Below are positions 39,757 to 49,777 of a stretch of 64,000 nt of DNA, piece by piece. Position 1 is the first letter of the stretch; each line of letters begins with the position of its first letter. Position numbers and translations under genes: made by a program. The notes beneath the pieces were generated by a model. It saw only the letters and a program-made list of their open reading frames with translations, did no database searches and was not told the DNA's origin. Source of the DNA: Atribacterota bacterium (lineage in GTDB: Bacteria > Atribacterota > Phoenicimicrobiia > Phoenicimicrobiales > Stramentimicrobiaceae); assembly GCA_040767965.1 (NCBI GenBank), contig JAXGNR010000006.1, positions 128,001-192,000 of the forward strand, written 5' to 3'.

Positions 39757-40629
39757 ATGGAACAAACAATAATGGATATTCAACAATTTTGGATTCATCT
39801 GATTAACCCTCAAAAATTACAAGAACTGCTTTCAATTATTATTACTATTTTTATAGTTTTGGTGATAGCTAAAATTAGCCTAAATACAATTAAAAATGTT
39901 ATACAAAAAATATTATTACCCAAAAAAGGTTCATCTAATTACAGAAAAAAATTATCTCGAGCAGAAACTCTTACTCCGTTTTTGAATTCAATTTTTACTT
40001 TTTTTATTTATTTTATAGTTATCACAATTATTTTAAAAAAAATTGGAATTGACACCACCCCAATCATCGCTAGCGCTGGAGTACTGGGCTTAGCAATCGG
40101 TTTTGGGGCTCAGGCTATTGTCAAAGATTTTATATCAGGTATATTTATACTACTTGATGGTACAATTTCTGTTGGAGATGTAATTTCCATTGACTCTCAC
40201 ACCGGTACAGTAGAATCTATGAATTTAAGACATATCCAGTTAAGAAAATTCAATGGTGAGCTATGGACTATTCCTAATGGCCAAATAGCTAATTTTGGCA
40301 ATTACAATAAAGAATGGTCTAGAGCAGTTGTTCAGGTCGATTTAGCTTATGAGCAGGATATTGAAAAAGGGATGAAAGAGTTGGAAAACATAGGTAATGA
40401 ATGGGCACAAAAGAATGCTGAAATTATTTTAGAACCTCCAACTGTTCAGGGAGTATTGTCGTTAGGATCTTCGGGTATAAGTATCAGGCTAGTTATCAAA
40501 GTTAAACCAATGGCACATTGGGGAGCTGAAAGAGAATTAAGAAGACTTATTAAAAATCATTTTGATTCTCAAGGTGTTGAAATTCCCTTCAATAGACAGG
40601 TAGTTTATATTAGAAATGAGGATGCTTAA
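39757..40629 (+). CDS. Small-conductance mechanosensitive channel (MscS family)
   Basis: AGVLGLAIGFGAQ..VKDFISG, VGD.I, IPNG.I, EIPF; exact start uncertain (39745/39757/39772). Confidence 0.92.
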   Translation: MEQTIMDIQQFWIHLINPQKLQELLSIIITIFIVLVIAKISLNTIKNVIQKILLPKKGSSNYRKKLSRAETLTPFLNSIFTFFIYFIVITIILKKIGIDTTPIIASAGVLGLAIGFGAQAIVKDFISGIFILLDGTISVGDVISIDSHTGTVESMNLRHIQLRKFNGELWTIPNGQIANFGNYNKEWSRAVVQVDLAYEQDIEKGMKELENIGNEWAQKNAEIILEPPTVQGVLSLGSSGISIRLVIKVKPMAHWGAERELRRLIKNHFDSQGVEIPFNRQVVYIRNEDA

Positions 40630-40631
40630 AT

Positions 40632-40661
40632 AAGAAACAAATCAAGATAGGTTTGTTTCTT
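40632..40661 (+). terminator. Putative terminator after the mscS gene
   Basis: AAGAAACAAATC ... GGTTTGTTTCTT. Confidence 0.55.
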
Positions 40662-40720
40662 TATATTGCAAAATTATTTTAATACTACTTTAGAAAAATA
40701 GAATACATGGAGCCATAAAA

Positions 40721-41473
40721 ATGACCAAAGCAGTCCTGTTTGATCTTGATAATACTCTTATTCTTTTTGATGAGACAAAATTTTTTAAAGAATATATTAA
40801 GAAAGTTGCGCCTCTTATGTCGGATATTGCTCCTCCCCATATCTTATGGAAAGTGATTCTATCTGCTACAAAGTCAGTTTTGAATAATAAAGGGAAGATA
40901 ACCAATCAAGAAGTATTCAAGCAAACTTTTATAAAAATTTTTGGAAATCAAACTGAGGAAATATGGCAACGCTTTCTCAGATTCTATAAAAATGAATTTG
41001 ATCAGCTAAAAACTTTTATAAGTGTGAACAAAGGGGTATCAGAGATATTCTCTTTCCTTTCTAATAATAATATCAAGGTTGTTATTGCTTCCAACCCGTT
41101 CTGGCCTTTTATTGCAATGGAAAAAAGAATGGAATGGGCTGGTATTAAAAAAGAGCAGGTTGACCTTATTACCCATATGGAAAATATGCATTTTTGTAAA
41201 CCCCGATTGAAATATTATCAGGAAATATGTCAGACAATAAAGGAAAGACCTGAAAATTGCTTAATGGTTGGAGATGACCTTGTGAATGATATTATTGCAG
41301 GCAAACTAGGAATGAAAACTTTTTTAATTACTGATAATATTCAAAACAAAAGTCAATTGCAGGCAATTAGCAGAAAAATAAGATTTGGCTTTACCTTAAA
41401 GAAAAATAACATTAATCCGGATTTTAGAGGCTCCTTAATCCAGTTAAAAGAGGTATTGGAGTCGTTAATTTAA
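40721..41473 (+). CDS. HAD-superfamily hydrolase
   Basis: FDLDNTL, ASN, KP, MVGDD...DI..A. Confidence 0.9.
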   Translation: MTKAVLFDLDNTLILFDETKFFKEYIKKVAPLMSDIAPPHILWKVILSATKSVLNNKGKITNQEVFKQTFIKIFGNQTEEIWQRFLRFYKNEFDQLKTFISVNKGVSEIFSFLSNNNIKVVIASNPFWPFIAMEKRMEWAGIKKEQVDLITHMENMHFCKPRLKYYQEICQTIKERPENCLMVGDDLVNDIIAGKLGMKTFLITDNIQNKSQLQAISRKIRFGFTLKKNNINPDFRGSLIQLKEVLESLI

Positions 41474-41507
41474 TATTTTAATTTACTTTTTATTCAGATA
41501 AATAATT

Positions 41508-42122
41508 TTAAAAGAAAATGATCATAGCATCATATATAAACTTGCCACTAAAGAATAAAAGAAATAATCCACAGAAAATAAAAATAATTTTTTGCAATCT
41601 CTCTCCAAAAAACTGACCACCCTTAAAAGACAAATTAGAAAGAAAATATAACCATATAAAATCACAACTCCAGTGAACCATAAAAAAAGTAATCAGCCCC
41701 AATAAACCAAACCGATACGCACCGGTTATTAGCATAGCACCAACAGTTACCCACCAAATTAAGAAATAAGGATTGGCAATAGTTAAAACTACCCCAGCCT
41801 GTAATGGAGTATACTTCTGATGCACCTGATTAATCCGGGTATTAGAGATGCTTTTTAATAACCCAAATCCCATTTTAAATAGGAATAATCCGCCAATAAC
41901 ACCTATAACTACCTTTACCCAGGTAATTTCCAGGAACTGCCCAAAACCAATTAGTATCAATAGCATTAATGGCAGTTCAACAATACCATGCCCAAGAGCA
42001 ATCATTGCACCGGAATATGGCTGTTGGGTTCCTTTACTTATGGTTACCGCAGTTATGGGGCCTGGAGCAATCACTCCAGAAAGAGAAATAATAACTGTTT
42101 TTAATAAAAAAGATAAAAACAT
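41508..42122 (-). CDS. LysE/RhtB-family exporter
   Basis: SGVIAPGP, GH...E, NPYF..WW. Confidence 0.88.
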   Translation of the reverse strand: MFLSFLLKTVIISLSGVIAPGPITAVTISKGTQQPYSGAMIALGHGIVELPLMLLILIGFGQFLEITWVKVVIGVIGGLFLFKMGFGLLKSISNTRINQVHQKYTPLQAGVVLTIANPYFLIWWVTVGAMLITGAYRFGLLGLITFFMVHWSCDFIWLYFLSNLSFKGGQFFGERLQKIIFIFCGLFLLFFSGKFIYDAMIIFF

Positions 42123-42200
42123 TGTTAACCTTAAAGCCTTCTTAGATTATAATTTAGGCTAATTATAATGAATTTTCAAAAATCTCAAGAAAGTATAAAA

Positions 42201-42692
42201 CTATTCTTTGCCGCACTCGGAGGCTTCTCCTTTTAGGATAGCAATACCATGAGGAAGTGCTTCCAGAATAATACTTAAAGATTCCCGGGCACCTTTGGGG
42301 CTTCCAGGAAGATTGATTATTAAACTCTTTTTTCGAATACCTGCAATTGCACGTGATAATACTGCCATTGGTGTTTTCTTAAAACTTTCCATTCTGATTA
42401 TTTCGCTAAGACCAGGCACTAATTTTTCAACGATTGACCTGGTTGCCTCTGGAGTGACATCTCTGGCTGATAAGCCGGTTCCTCCGGTGGTTAGAACTAG
42501 ATCTGCTTTTACATTATCTACTGCATCAACAATGGCTTTTTGAATCAAATCAATTTCATCAGGAACAATTTCATAACCGATAACCTGTGCTTCAATTTTT
42601 TCCAGTGTCAGCCTGATAGCTTCACTGCTGAGGTCTTCCCGTTGACCCCTGGATCCTTTATCACTTACAGTAATTATCACAGTTTTAATCAT
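42201..42692 (-). CDS. mog: Molybdopterin adenylyltransferase (MogA/MoaB)
   Basis: TVSD, VPDE, TTGGTG..RDVTPEA, SR, NLPGSP. Confidence 0.93.
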   Translation of the reverse strand: MIKTVIITVSDKGSRGQREDLSSEAIRLTLEKIEAQVIGYEIVPDEIDLIQKAIVDAVDNVKADLVLTTGGTGLSARDVTPEATRSIVEKLVPGLSEIIRMESFKKTPMAVLSRAIAGIRKKSLIINLPGSPKGARESLSIILEALPHGIAILKGEASECGKE

Positions 42693-43680
42693 CTTTTATT
42701 AACACCTCTATTCTGTCTCCTGGTTTAACAATACCTCCTTTTACAACTCTGGTAAAAATGCCCTCAATTGGCATTATAGAATTAATCTTTTGTCCCCGAA
42801 CTACAATATTCACATCATGTTCTTTCCCAATCTGAGTAATACTTAACAATACTTCATCTCCAATTTTCAATAAGGTTCCTATTGGAAATTCAAATAAATT
42901 ATCAATCCCCTGAAAATCAATATTTTCAAAAAGATCACCATAATCAAGTTCATATCCCTGTTTTCTATTTTTTTCCAAACTTGTTAAATTCAACATACTA
43001 ACCTGCTTATGATCTCTTCCTGCATGGATATCACCTTTTATCCCAAAATCTTTAATAAATTCTGCACTGGAAATCGGTTTTTTTGGCTCTTTGCGACTTT
43101 CTCCAATACAGACAGCTAAAACCATGCCTTTTTGATCTTCTATTTTTTTATATTTTTCTATCAGTTGAAATTTTTCATTTTTTTCTAAACTAAGATAGGA
43201 TTCACCTTGAAAGTGTCCGCTTTGTCCTCCATCTTTTTCCACTAAATGAATATGATTTATTTCAATCCCTCGATCTACTGCTTTACAAATATCGTAAATA
43301 GTCAAAGCAGCCACTGAAACAGCATGCAATGCTTCCATCTCTACTCCTGTTTTTCCGGTAGTCATAACAATAGAACGAATTAATATGCTATTTCTATCTT
43401 CCATAATATAAAAATCCATATCTACATTATTCAGAATTAGTGGATGGCATAAAGGAATCATGCGACTAGTTTCTTTAGCTCCCATTATGCCAGCGACTTG
43501 TGCTATACCTAAAACATCTCCTTTGGCAATTTTTTTATCTTTTATTAAAGCAAGAGTTTCGGGTTTCATAAGCACTTCTGCTTCAGCAATGGCAATTCGA
43601 TGAGTATCTTTTTTGTTGCCTACATCAACCATTCTGGCTCTCCCTTTTTCGTTTAGATGGGTAAACTCTTTTCCTTTCAT
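42685..43680 (-). CDS. moaC: cPMP synthase MoaC fused to a C-terminal MOSC-like domain
   Basis: FTH...MVDV..K, KGDVL, IPLCHP, TGVEMEAL, KDGG; then GD.HAG..QVS, G.FEN, QIGKE, EGIF.RV..GG...GD. Confidence 0.9.
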   Translation of the reverse strand: MKGKEFTHLNEKGRARMVDVGNKKDTHRIAIAEAEVLMKPETLALIKDKKIAKGDVLGIAQVAGIMGAKETSRMIPLCHPLILNNVDMDFYIMEDRNSILIRSIVMTTGKTGVEMEALHAVSVAALTIYDICKAVDRGIEINHIHLVEKDGGQSGHFQGESYLSLEKNEKFQLIEKYKKIEDQKGMVLAVCIGESRKEPKKPISSAEFIKDFGIKGDIHAGRDHKQVSMLNLTSLEKNRKQGYELDYGDLFENIDFQGIDNLFEFPIGTLLKIGDEVLLSITQIGKEHDVNIVVRGQKINSIMPIEGIFTRVVKGGIVKPGDRIEVLIKDD

Positions 43681-43682
43681 TA

Positions 43683-44693
43683 TTAACCTCCTATCTTTGA
43701 CATATCAAATTCAGTAGTGTTTTTGCTTTCTATATGATGCCGGAATGGTTTTATTTGGATTGCTTTTTTAAAACACTGCCTGATTATCTCTTCTCTTTTT
43801 TCCGGTTGGTTTTGAGGAATTTCTCTTAATTTCTCCTTTAGCTTTATTTCTTTAGAACTAAACAGACACGGTCTTAAACTGCCTTCGGCAGTTAATCTCA
43901 AACGATTACAACTAGCACAAAAATGTTGACTAACTGCATTTATAAAACCAAACTTTCCTTTAGCATTTGGTAATTGAAAATAATTTGCCGGACCAAATCC
44001 TTTTTCCATTTCTACTGGTTGCATATCAGGAAATTTATTTATTATAGTATTTTTTACTGTTTGAGCAGAAATATAATTTTCTTCATTAATTTGAGTTAAA
44101 GAATGGTTTGTAGGCATTAGTTCAATAAATCTTACATTTAATGGTTTATCTATAGTTAAGTTAATAAAATCCTCAATCTCATCATCATTAATTCCTTTTA
44201 ACAACACAACATTTATTTTAACAGGAGTTAACCGTTCCTGTAAGGCTGAATCTATTCCCTGTAAAACTTTTTCCATACTATCAAATCCGGTTATGGCTTT
44301 AAATTTCTCTTTTTGGAGGGAATCGATACTGATGTTCACCCTGTTTAAACCTGCTTGCTTCAGAAGCTTTGCCATTTCTGGCAAATAAAATCCATTTGTA
44401 GTAAGAGAAATATCCTCAAGTCTTTCAATGGTTTTTAACTTTTTTATAAAATCAATAACCCCTTTTCTTACTAAAGGCTCTCCTCCAGTTAATCTTATTT
44501 TATTCATTCCCATTTGAACAGCGACTTTAGAAATTTCCAGTATTTCTTCAAATCGTAAAATGTTTTCATGTTTTATGAAGCAAAAATTGCAATCAGAAGG
44601 GGAACAATACAGACACCTAAAATTACATCGGTCAGTTAGGGAAATTCTAAAATATACAATTTTTCTACCGTAAGAATCAACTAGTTTTTCCAT
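43683..44693 (-). CDS. moaA: GTP 3',8-cyclase
   Basis: CNFRCLYC, TGGEP, FCASCNRLR...PCL, C-terminal IGG. Confidence 0.97.
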   Translation of the reverse strand: MEKLVDSYGRKIVYFRISLTDRCNFRCLYCSPSDCNFCFIKHENILRFEEILEISKVAVQMGMNKIRLTGGEPLVRKGVIDFIKKLKTIERLEDISLTTNGFYLPEMAKLLKQAGLNRVNISIDSLQKEKFKAITGFDSMEKVLQGIDSALQERLTPVKINVVLLKGINDDEIEDFINLTIDKPLNVRFIELMPTNHSLTQINEENYISAQTVKNTIINKFPDMQPVEMEKGFGPANYFQLPNAKGKFGFINAVSQHFCASCNRLRLTAEGSLRPCLFSSKEIKLKEKLREIPQNQPEKREEIIRQCFKKAIQIKPFRHHIESKNTTEFDMSKIGG

Positions 44694-46644
44694 TTACTAA
44701 TACTTCGCCACATTGATTCAAGTCATATCCTCCAAGATTAGTGGCTTGCTCCTTAAAGTTTTTTGTTTTGATGATTTCTAATAATCTTTTTATTTTTTTA
44801 TCTGCAAAATGATTTTCAGGAATTATCAGATCGTAACGTTCCTTAATGAGAGGTACAAAATCCAGATCAAACGCCTTAGCAGCTGAAAATATTCCCAAAC
44901 CCACATCTACTCTTTTATTGGCAACTGCAGAAGCCACCATAAGATGAGTAAATTCTTCCTGAGTATATCCTTGGATATCAGCCGGATTGATATTTTTTTG
45001 CTTAAGCAGATAATCTAAAAGAACTCTGGTTCCTGAACCTTTTTGTCTGTTTATATAGCGAATATCACCTCTCGCTAAGTCTTGTATTTCCATAATATTT
45101 TTAGGATTACCTTTTGGTACCATAAAACCTTGCTGTCTGTAAGCCATATTTACTACTACAAGTTTATGGCCTTCTAAAATACGATCAAGATAAGGGAAAT
45201 TATACTCTCCGCTATCCACATCCAGAAGATGAGAAGTGGCCAGGTGGGTTATTCCCTGTTTTATTGCTAATAATCCTCCCATGCTTCCTGTATGAAAGGA
45301 TGCCAGACGAAATTCTGGTGATTTTGTATGTAATTCATTCCTCAAAACATCCAGTATCAAATCATGGCTTCCAATTATTATTATTGTATTATCTAAATTA
45401 GAATTATTTACTAACAATTCTGCTTCAGTTTCTTCTTTTAAATTCAAACCTTCACTAAGTGACGGTATTCTAATAATTCCATCAGCCTCTGACAGTGATG
45501 AAATAACACCTGCTCCTCGGCTTAAAGGGTATGCCATTATATCTTCACCAATTTTAGCCATTTTTACCCGCAGAAATTCTTCATTTCCTAATCTGGATAC
45601 CACTTTCTTAGCTGTCAGTACCCTGGTTTTTTTTCTTTCAGGTAAAGATAATCTTAAATTTTTATAAACCAGGGGTAAAACAAATTCCCAGGCTGCTATT
45701 AAATAAGAAACCGGATACCCAGGTAATCCTATAACCGGAATACCTTCTACGATACCTGCTAAAGTTGGCTTACCTGGCATAATGGCTATGCCATGAAATA
45801 ATATATTCCCGATATCTGAAAGTGCTTTTGCAGTAAAATCCTTACTGCCTGCCGAGGTTCCTGCAATTACAGTAACTATGTCATTTTCTTTGGCTGCTGA
45901 CTGCAGTGTTTTTTTTAAATCTTCTTTAATATCCCGAATAATTGGATATATGATAGGCTCTCCTCCCCATTGAATCACCGAACTGGATAACATTCGGGAA
46001 TTAAAATCAAGTATGTCCCCTGCCTTTATTTCTTTTTCATCAAGTCCGATCAATTCTTCTCCGGTAGGAATAATTGCAACTCGTGGTTTCTTCCAAACCT
46101 GTATTTCCGTTATTCCTCCTGCCATTAAGGCACCAATATCTACTGGTCTGATTTTATGATTCGCTGTCAATATTATCTGGTGAGTTACAATATCTTCCCC
46201 GATACTGCGGACATTCATGCCTGGGGATATTGCTTGAAATATTTTTAATTGAGTGAATTCCTCTTTCTGGTTTTGCAGATTATTGCTTTTTTGAACTGGA
46301 ATCACGTCTTCTATCTTAATTACTGCATCAAATTCCTCTGGTAGAGGATTTCCTGTATTGATATATAAAAAATCTTCTTTATAAGTTAAAATTACAGGAT
46401 TTTTCTCCGAGGCATTCTCAGTCCTGCGGGAATGCACAGCTATTCCATCCATAGCTGATGCAGTATAGTGCAAAGAAGATCTTCTAGCAAAAACAGCACT
46501 AGAAGTAACTCTATCAAGTGAATTTTCTACCGGAAGCTTTTCTTGTTTTGTATTTAACCCAAATAATCCTTCCGTAAAAGCTTTTTCAATTTTCTGCTTT
46601 GCTTCCTCTAAAGATATTTTGTTTAAATAAATATTTCGTTCCAT
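44677..46644 (-). CDS. MoeA fused to a C-terminal PBP/LysR-type binding domain
   Basis: SAMDG, TGEEL, AGTSAG..D, PGKP, LPGYP; then GSHD, GSMGG, INRQ.GSGTR, EFTH, ERYD. Confidence 0.92.
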   Translation of the reverse strand: MERNIYLNKISLEEAKQKIEKAFTEGLFGLNTKQEKLPVENSLDRVTSSAVFARRSSLHYTASAMDGIAVHSRRTENASEKNPVILTYKEDFLYINTGNPLPEEFDAVIKIEDVIPVQKSNNLQNQKEEFTQLKIFQAISPGMNVRSIGEDIVTHQIILTANHKIRPVDIGALMAGGITEIQVWKKPRVAIIPTGEELIGLDEKEIKAGDILDFNSRMLSSSVIQWGGEPIIYPIIRDIKEDLKKTLQSAAKENDIVTVIAGTSAGSKDFTAKALSDIGNILFHGIAIMPGKPTLAGIVEGIPVIGLPGYPVSYLIAAWEFVLPLVYKNLRLSLPERKKTRVLTAKKVVSRLGNEEFLRVKMAKIGEDIMAYPLSRGAGVISSLSEADGIIRIPSLSEGLNLKEETEAELLVNNSNLDNTIIIIGSHDLILDVLRNELHTKSPEFRLASFHTGSMGGLLAIKQGITHLATSHLLDVDSGEYNFPYLDRILEGHKLVVVNMAYRQQGFMVPKGNPKNIMEIQDLARGDIRYINRQKGSGTRVLLDYLLKQKNINPADIQGYTQEEFTHLMVASAVANKRVDVGLGIFSAAKAFDLDFVPLIKERYDLIIPENHFADKKIKRLLEIIKTKNFKEQATNLGGYDLNQCGEVLVNGKTS

Positions 46645-46685
46645 TATTTTTTAATCAATCCTCTTATTTTTGAGATAATTCTATA

Positions 46686-47945
46686 CTATTCAAACAAGGT
46701 CACACTAACCTTTTCGCCTTGATACAAACCTTCCTGGTTAAGTCTGACAGTTATATAGCCATCAGCTTTGGACAGAGAAGAGATCATTCCGGATTTACCC
46801 AAGACTGGAACAGCCCATAATTGTCCATTCTCATTTCTTAACATTACTCTGATATATTCTTCTCTGCCAGGATCAGAAAATATATTGCTCTCCAACAAAG
46901 CATCAACTCTTTTTCTGCTTTCAAAGGAAACTTTTTCACCTTTTAAATCAAATATTATTCTCCTTACAACATTCTCAAAAACCATCATCGCTGAAACTGG
47001 ATGACCAGGTAAGCCAATAAACAGTTTCTGATTATTTAAAGAAATAATTGTAGGCTTTCCTGGTTTTAAAGCCAATCCATGTACCAGAATCCCTGGAGAA
47101 CCAAGATTATCCAACACTTCTAAAGTGTAATCCCTAGTGCCAACAGAGCTACCACCAGAAATCAAGACTAAATCTATTTCCGGATTTGCCAAACATTGCT
47201 GAAGTTCTTTTTTTAAGAATTTTGCATTATCTTTAATAATGTTCGTATAATAAGGGACACAACCAACTTGCTCTACTGCTGCACCAAGAGTAAAAGTGTT
47301 AATATCACGCACCTGTCCCGGTTTCGGAATGTTATTTATTGGAATAATTTCATCACCGGTAGAAATAATCGCAATTACCGGCCTTTTAAAAACCTTTATT
47401 TTCCCCCATCCCAATGCTGCCAGCAAACCAATATTCTGTGGCTTCAGACAATATCCTTTATTTAAAACTTTTTCATTTTCCTTAATATCTTCATCTTCTC
47501 TTAAAACATTCTCCCAGGGGGCTACAGAACGGCTTATTTCAACCATTGTTGAACTGATTCTTTCTGTATATTCCAGCATAACTACTGAATCGGCCCCTAA
47601 TGGCAACATTCCTCCTGTAGAAATCTTTACTGCCTGACCTGCTTGTAATCCAAAAAAAGGTTTTTCTGACATTTTTATCTCACCAATTAAATCAAGATAA
47701 GCCGGTAAACTATCACTGGCCCCGTAGGTATCACTGGCTTTAACCGCATATCCATCCATGGTTGAGCGATTAAAACCTGGTATATTCTCAATTGATACAA
47801 TATCTTCTGCCAACACTCTTCCGTAAGCATGGATAAGTTCTATTTGCTCGTAACGACTTTTAAAAAAGGAAGCAAAATCAAAGGATTTACGAAAGATTTC
47901 CAGGCTTTCTTCAATTGTTCTGACTTTAAATAATGGTTGAACCAT
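46686..47945 (-). CDS. moeA: Molybdopterin molybdotransferase (gephyrin-like)
   Basis: STMDGYA, TGG, STGDE, SGGSS.G.RD, KPGKP, LPGHPVS. Confidence 0.95.
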   Translation of the reverse strand: MVQPLFKVRTIEESLEIFRKSFDFASFFKSRYEQIELIHAYGRVLAEDIVSIENIPGFNRSTMDGYAVKASDTYGASDSLPAYLDLIGEIKMSEKPFFGLQAGQAVKISTGGMLPLGADSVVMLEYTERISSTMVEISRSVAPWENVLREDEDIKENEKVLNKGYCLKPQNIGLLAALGWGKIKVFKRPVIAIISTGDEIIPINNIPKPGQVRDINTFTLGAAVEQVGCVPYYTNIIKDNAKFLKKELQQCLANPEIDLVLISGGSSVGTRDYTLEVLDNLGSPGILVHGLALKPGKPTIISLNNQKLFIGLPGHPVSAMMVFENVVRRIIFDLKGEKVSFESRKRVDALLESNIFSDPGREEYIRVMLRNENGQLWAVPVLGKSGMISSLSKADGYITVRLNQEGLYQGEKVSVTLFE

Positions 47946-47962
47946 AGGACTCCTTTATATGC

Positions 47963-47997
47963 AAAAACATCCTGTACGTTTATCCCGTACAGGATGT
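47963..47997 (-). terminator. Expression-platform terminator of the Moco RNA
   Basis: Minus strand ACATCCTGTACG-GGATAAA-CGTACAGGATGT-TTTT, just before the moeA RBS. Confidence 0.9.
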
Positions 47998-48005
47998 CTG
48001 TTTTT

Positions 48006-48098
48006 TTCTTCTTTCCGATACGGGAGGCTCATAAATTTCTCAATGAACCTGGCGGGTAACTATCATAGGAAAACCGTTAGAATAATTACCTCGAAGAA
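48006..48098 (-). ncRNA. Moco RNA motif / riboswitch, P3-less (Wco, tungsten-cofactor) type
   Basis: Minus strand TTCTTCGAG...CTAA...CTATGA...AGG..GAAA..GCCTCCCGTATCGGAAAGAAG; only CCGCC between P2 and P4; upstream of the moeA operon. Confidence 0.88.
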
Positions 48099-48184
48099 AT
48101 GATTTGTATAAAAATAACTTCTCAATTATACACAAATAAAGTATTTTTTTCAAAGGAAGTAAATTTTATATTAATATCCACTTT

Positions 48185-49744
48185 TTAATGTTTAAAAGAA
48201 CGATAACCGGTGAAAACCATTATAAGATTAAACAAATTAGCAGTTTCAATTACTTCTTGATCTCTTTTAGAACCACCTGGTTGTATAATTGCTTTAATCC
48301 CGGCTTTAGCTGCCTCTTCAACACCATCAGCAAAAGGGAAAAAAGCATCAGAAGCAAGATAACTGTCTTTTGCCCGTATATCTGCCTTTTTTACTGCAAT
48401 CTGCACAGAATCAACCCGGCTCATTTGTCCCGCACCAGCTCCAATCAGCTGTTTATTTTTAGCCAGAACAATCGCATTTGATTTTACGTGTTTAACCATT
48501 TTCCATGCCAATAGTAATTCTTTTATATCTTCAATGTCAGGTTCTCTTTTAGTTACTATCTTAATATCAGCAGGAGTAATATTTTTCAGATCCCGGTCTT
48601 GTACCAAAAACCCTCCAGCTATTTTTTTTATATCCTTAAGATATCTGTCCTGGGAGCGTAAATCTCCAGCCTCTATCAATCTTCTATTTTTCTTTTTACA
48701 TATTATCTCCAGAGCTTTTTTACTATATGAAGGAGCTACAATAGCTTCTATAAAAGGTGTTTCATCTATTAATCTGGCTATTTTATCCTCTACCCTTCTA
48801 TTAATACCTACAATACTACCATAAGCAGAAAGAGGGTCTCCCTCATACGCTTTCTGATAAGCTTCTTCAATGGTTTCTGCAGTAGCAAGACCACAGGGGT
48901 TAGTATGTTTAATAAAAGTAACTGTTGGCTCATCAAAATCTTTAATAATATTTAAGGCAGCTTCCAAATCAATTAAATTATTATAAGATAACTCTTTCCC
49001 GCTTAATAATTTTCCAGCTCCTAAGTTGGCCTCCTCAGTTAGTAATTCTTGATAGAAAGCAGCATTTTGGTGAGGATTTTCCCCATATCTTAAATTCTCA
49101 ATCTTTTTTGCTCCAACAACCAGATATTTTCCAAAACAATCTTCATTTGGAGTAAATTGTTTTGTCAAATATTTTGTTATAAGAGAATCATAATAGGAAG
49201 TATGCTGAAAAACTTTTACTGCTAATCTTTTTCTGGTTGACAATTTAGTGTTGCATTGGTTACTTTTTAATTCTTCTAATACAAGTTTATAATCATCAGG
49301 GTCAACTATTACTGTAACATCCTGAAAATTCTTCGCTGCTGCTCTTAATAAAGAAGGTCCGCCAATATCTATATTTTCAATAGCCTCTTCCAGAAGTACA
49401 TTCTCTTTAGAAACAGTCTCTTCAAAAGGGTAGAGATTAACAATAACTATTTGGATGGGATCAATGTTTTGTTCTTTCATTTGTTTTTGATGTTCTCTAT
49501 TATCACTTTTTGCCAGTAATCCTCCGAATATCAAAGGATGTAATGTTTTTACCCGTCCGTCTAATATTTCAGGAAAGTTAGTTATTTCAGAAATTGAAGT
49601 AACTTCTATTCCGTTATCACCAAGTGTTTTAGCTGTTCCTCCGGTAGAGATAATTTGATATCCCATATCTTTTAAGTTTTTTGCCAATTCTACAATACCA
49701 GTTTTATCAGAAACACTAATTAATGCTTTTTTTAAATTGTTCAA
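48185..49744 (-). CDS. purH: Bifunctional AICAR transformylase/IMP cyclohydrolase
   Basis: ALISVSDKTG, STGGT, GRVKTLHP, LRYGENPHQ, KHTNPCG, SDAFFPF. Confidence 0.98.
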   Translation of the reverse strand: MNNLKKALISVSDKTGIVELAKNLKDMGYQIISTGGTAKTLGDNGIEVTSISEITNFPEILDGRVKTLHPLIFGGLLAKSDNREHQKQMKEQNIDPIQIVIVNLYPFEETVSKENVLLEEAIENIDIGGPSLLRAAAKNFQDVTVIVDPDDYKLVLEELKSNQCNTKLSTRKRLAVKVFQHTSYYDSLITKYLTKQFTPNEDCFGKYLVVGAKKIENLRYGENPHQNAAFYQELLTEEANLGAGKLLSGKELSYNNLIDLEAALNIIKDFDEPTVTFIKHTNPCGLATAETIEEAYQKAYEGDPLSAYGSIVGINRRVEDKIARLIDETPFIEAIVAPSYSKKALEIICKKKNRRLIEAGDLRSQDRYLKDIKKIAGGFLVQDRDLKNITPADIKIVTKREPDIEDIKELLLAWKMVKHVKSNAIVLAKNKQLIGAGAGQMSRVDSVQIAVKKADIRAKDSYLASDAFFPFADGVEEAAKAGIKAIIQPGGSKRDQEVIETANLFNLIMVFTGYRSFKH

Positions 49745-49777
49745 TTTTAAAAAACCTTCCCTTTCTGTTCTTAGTAA

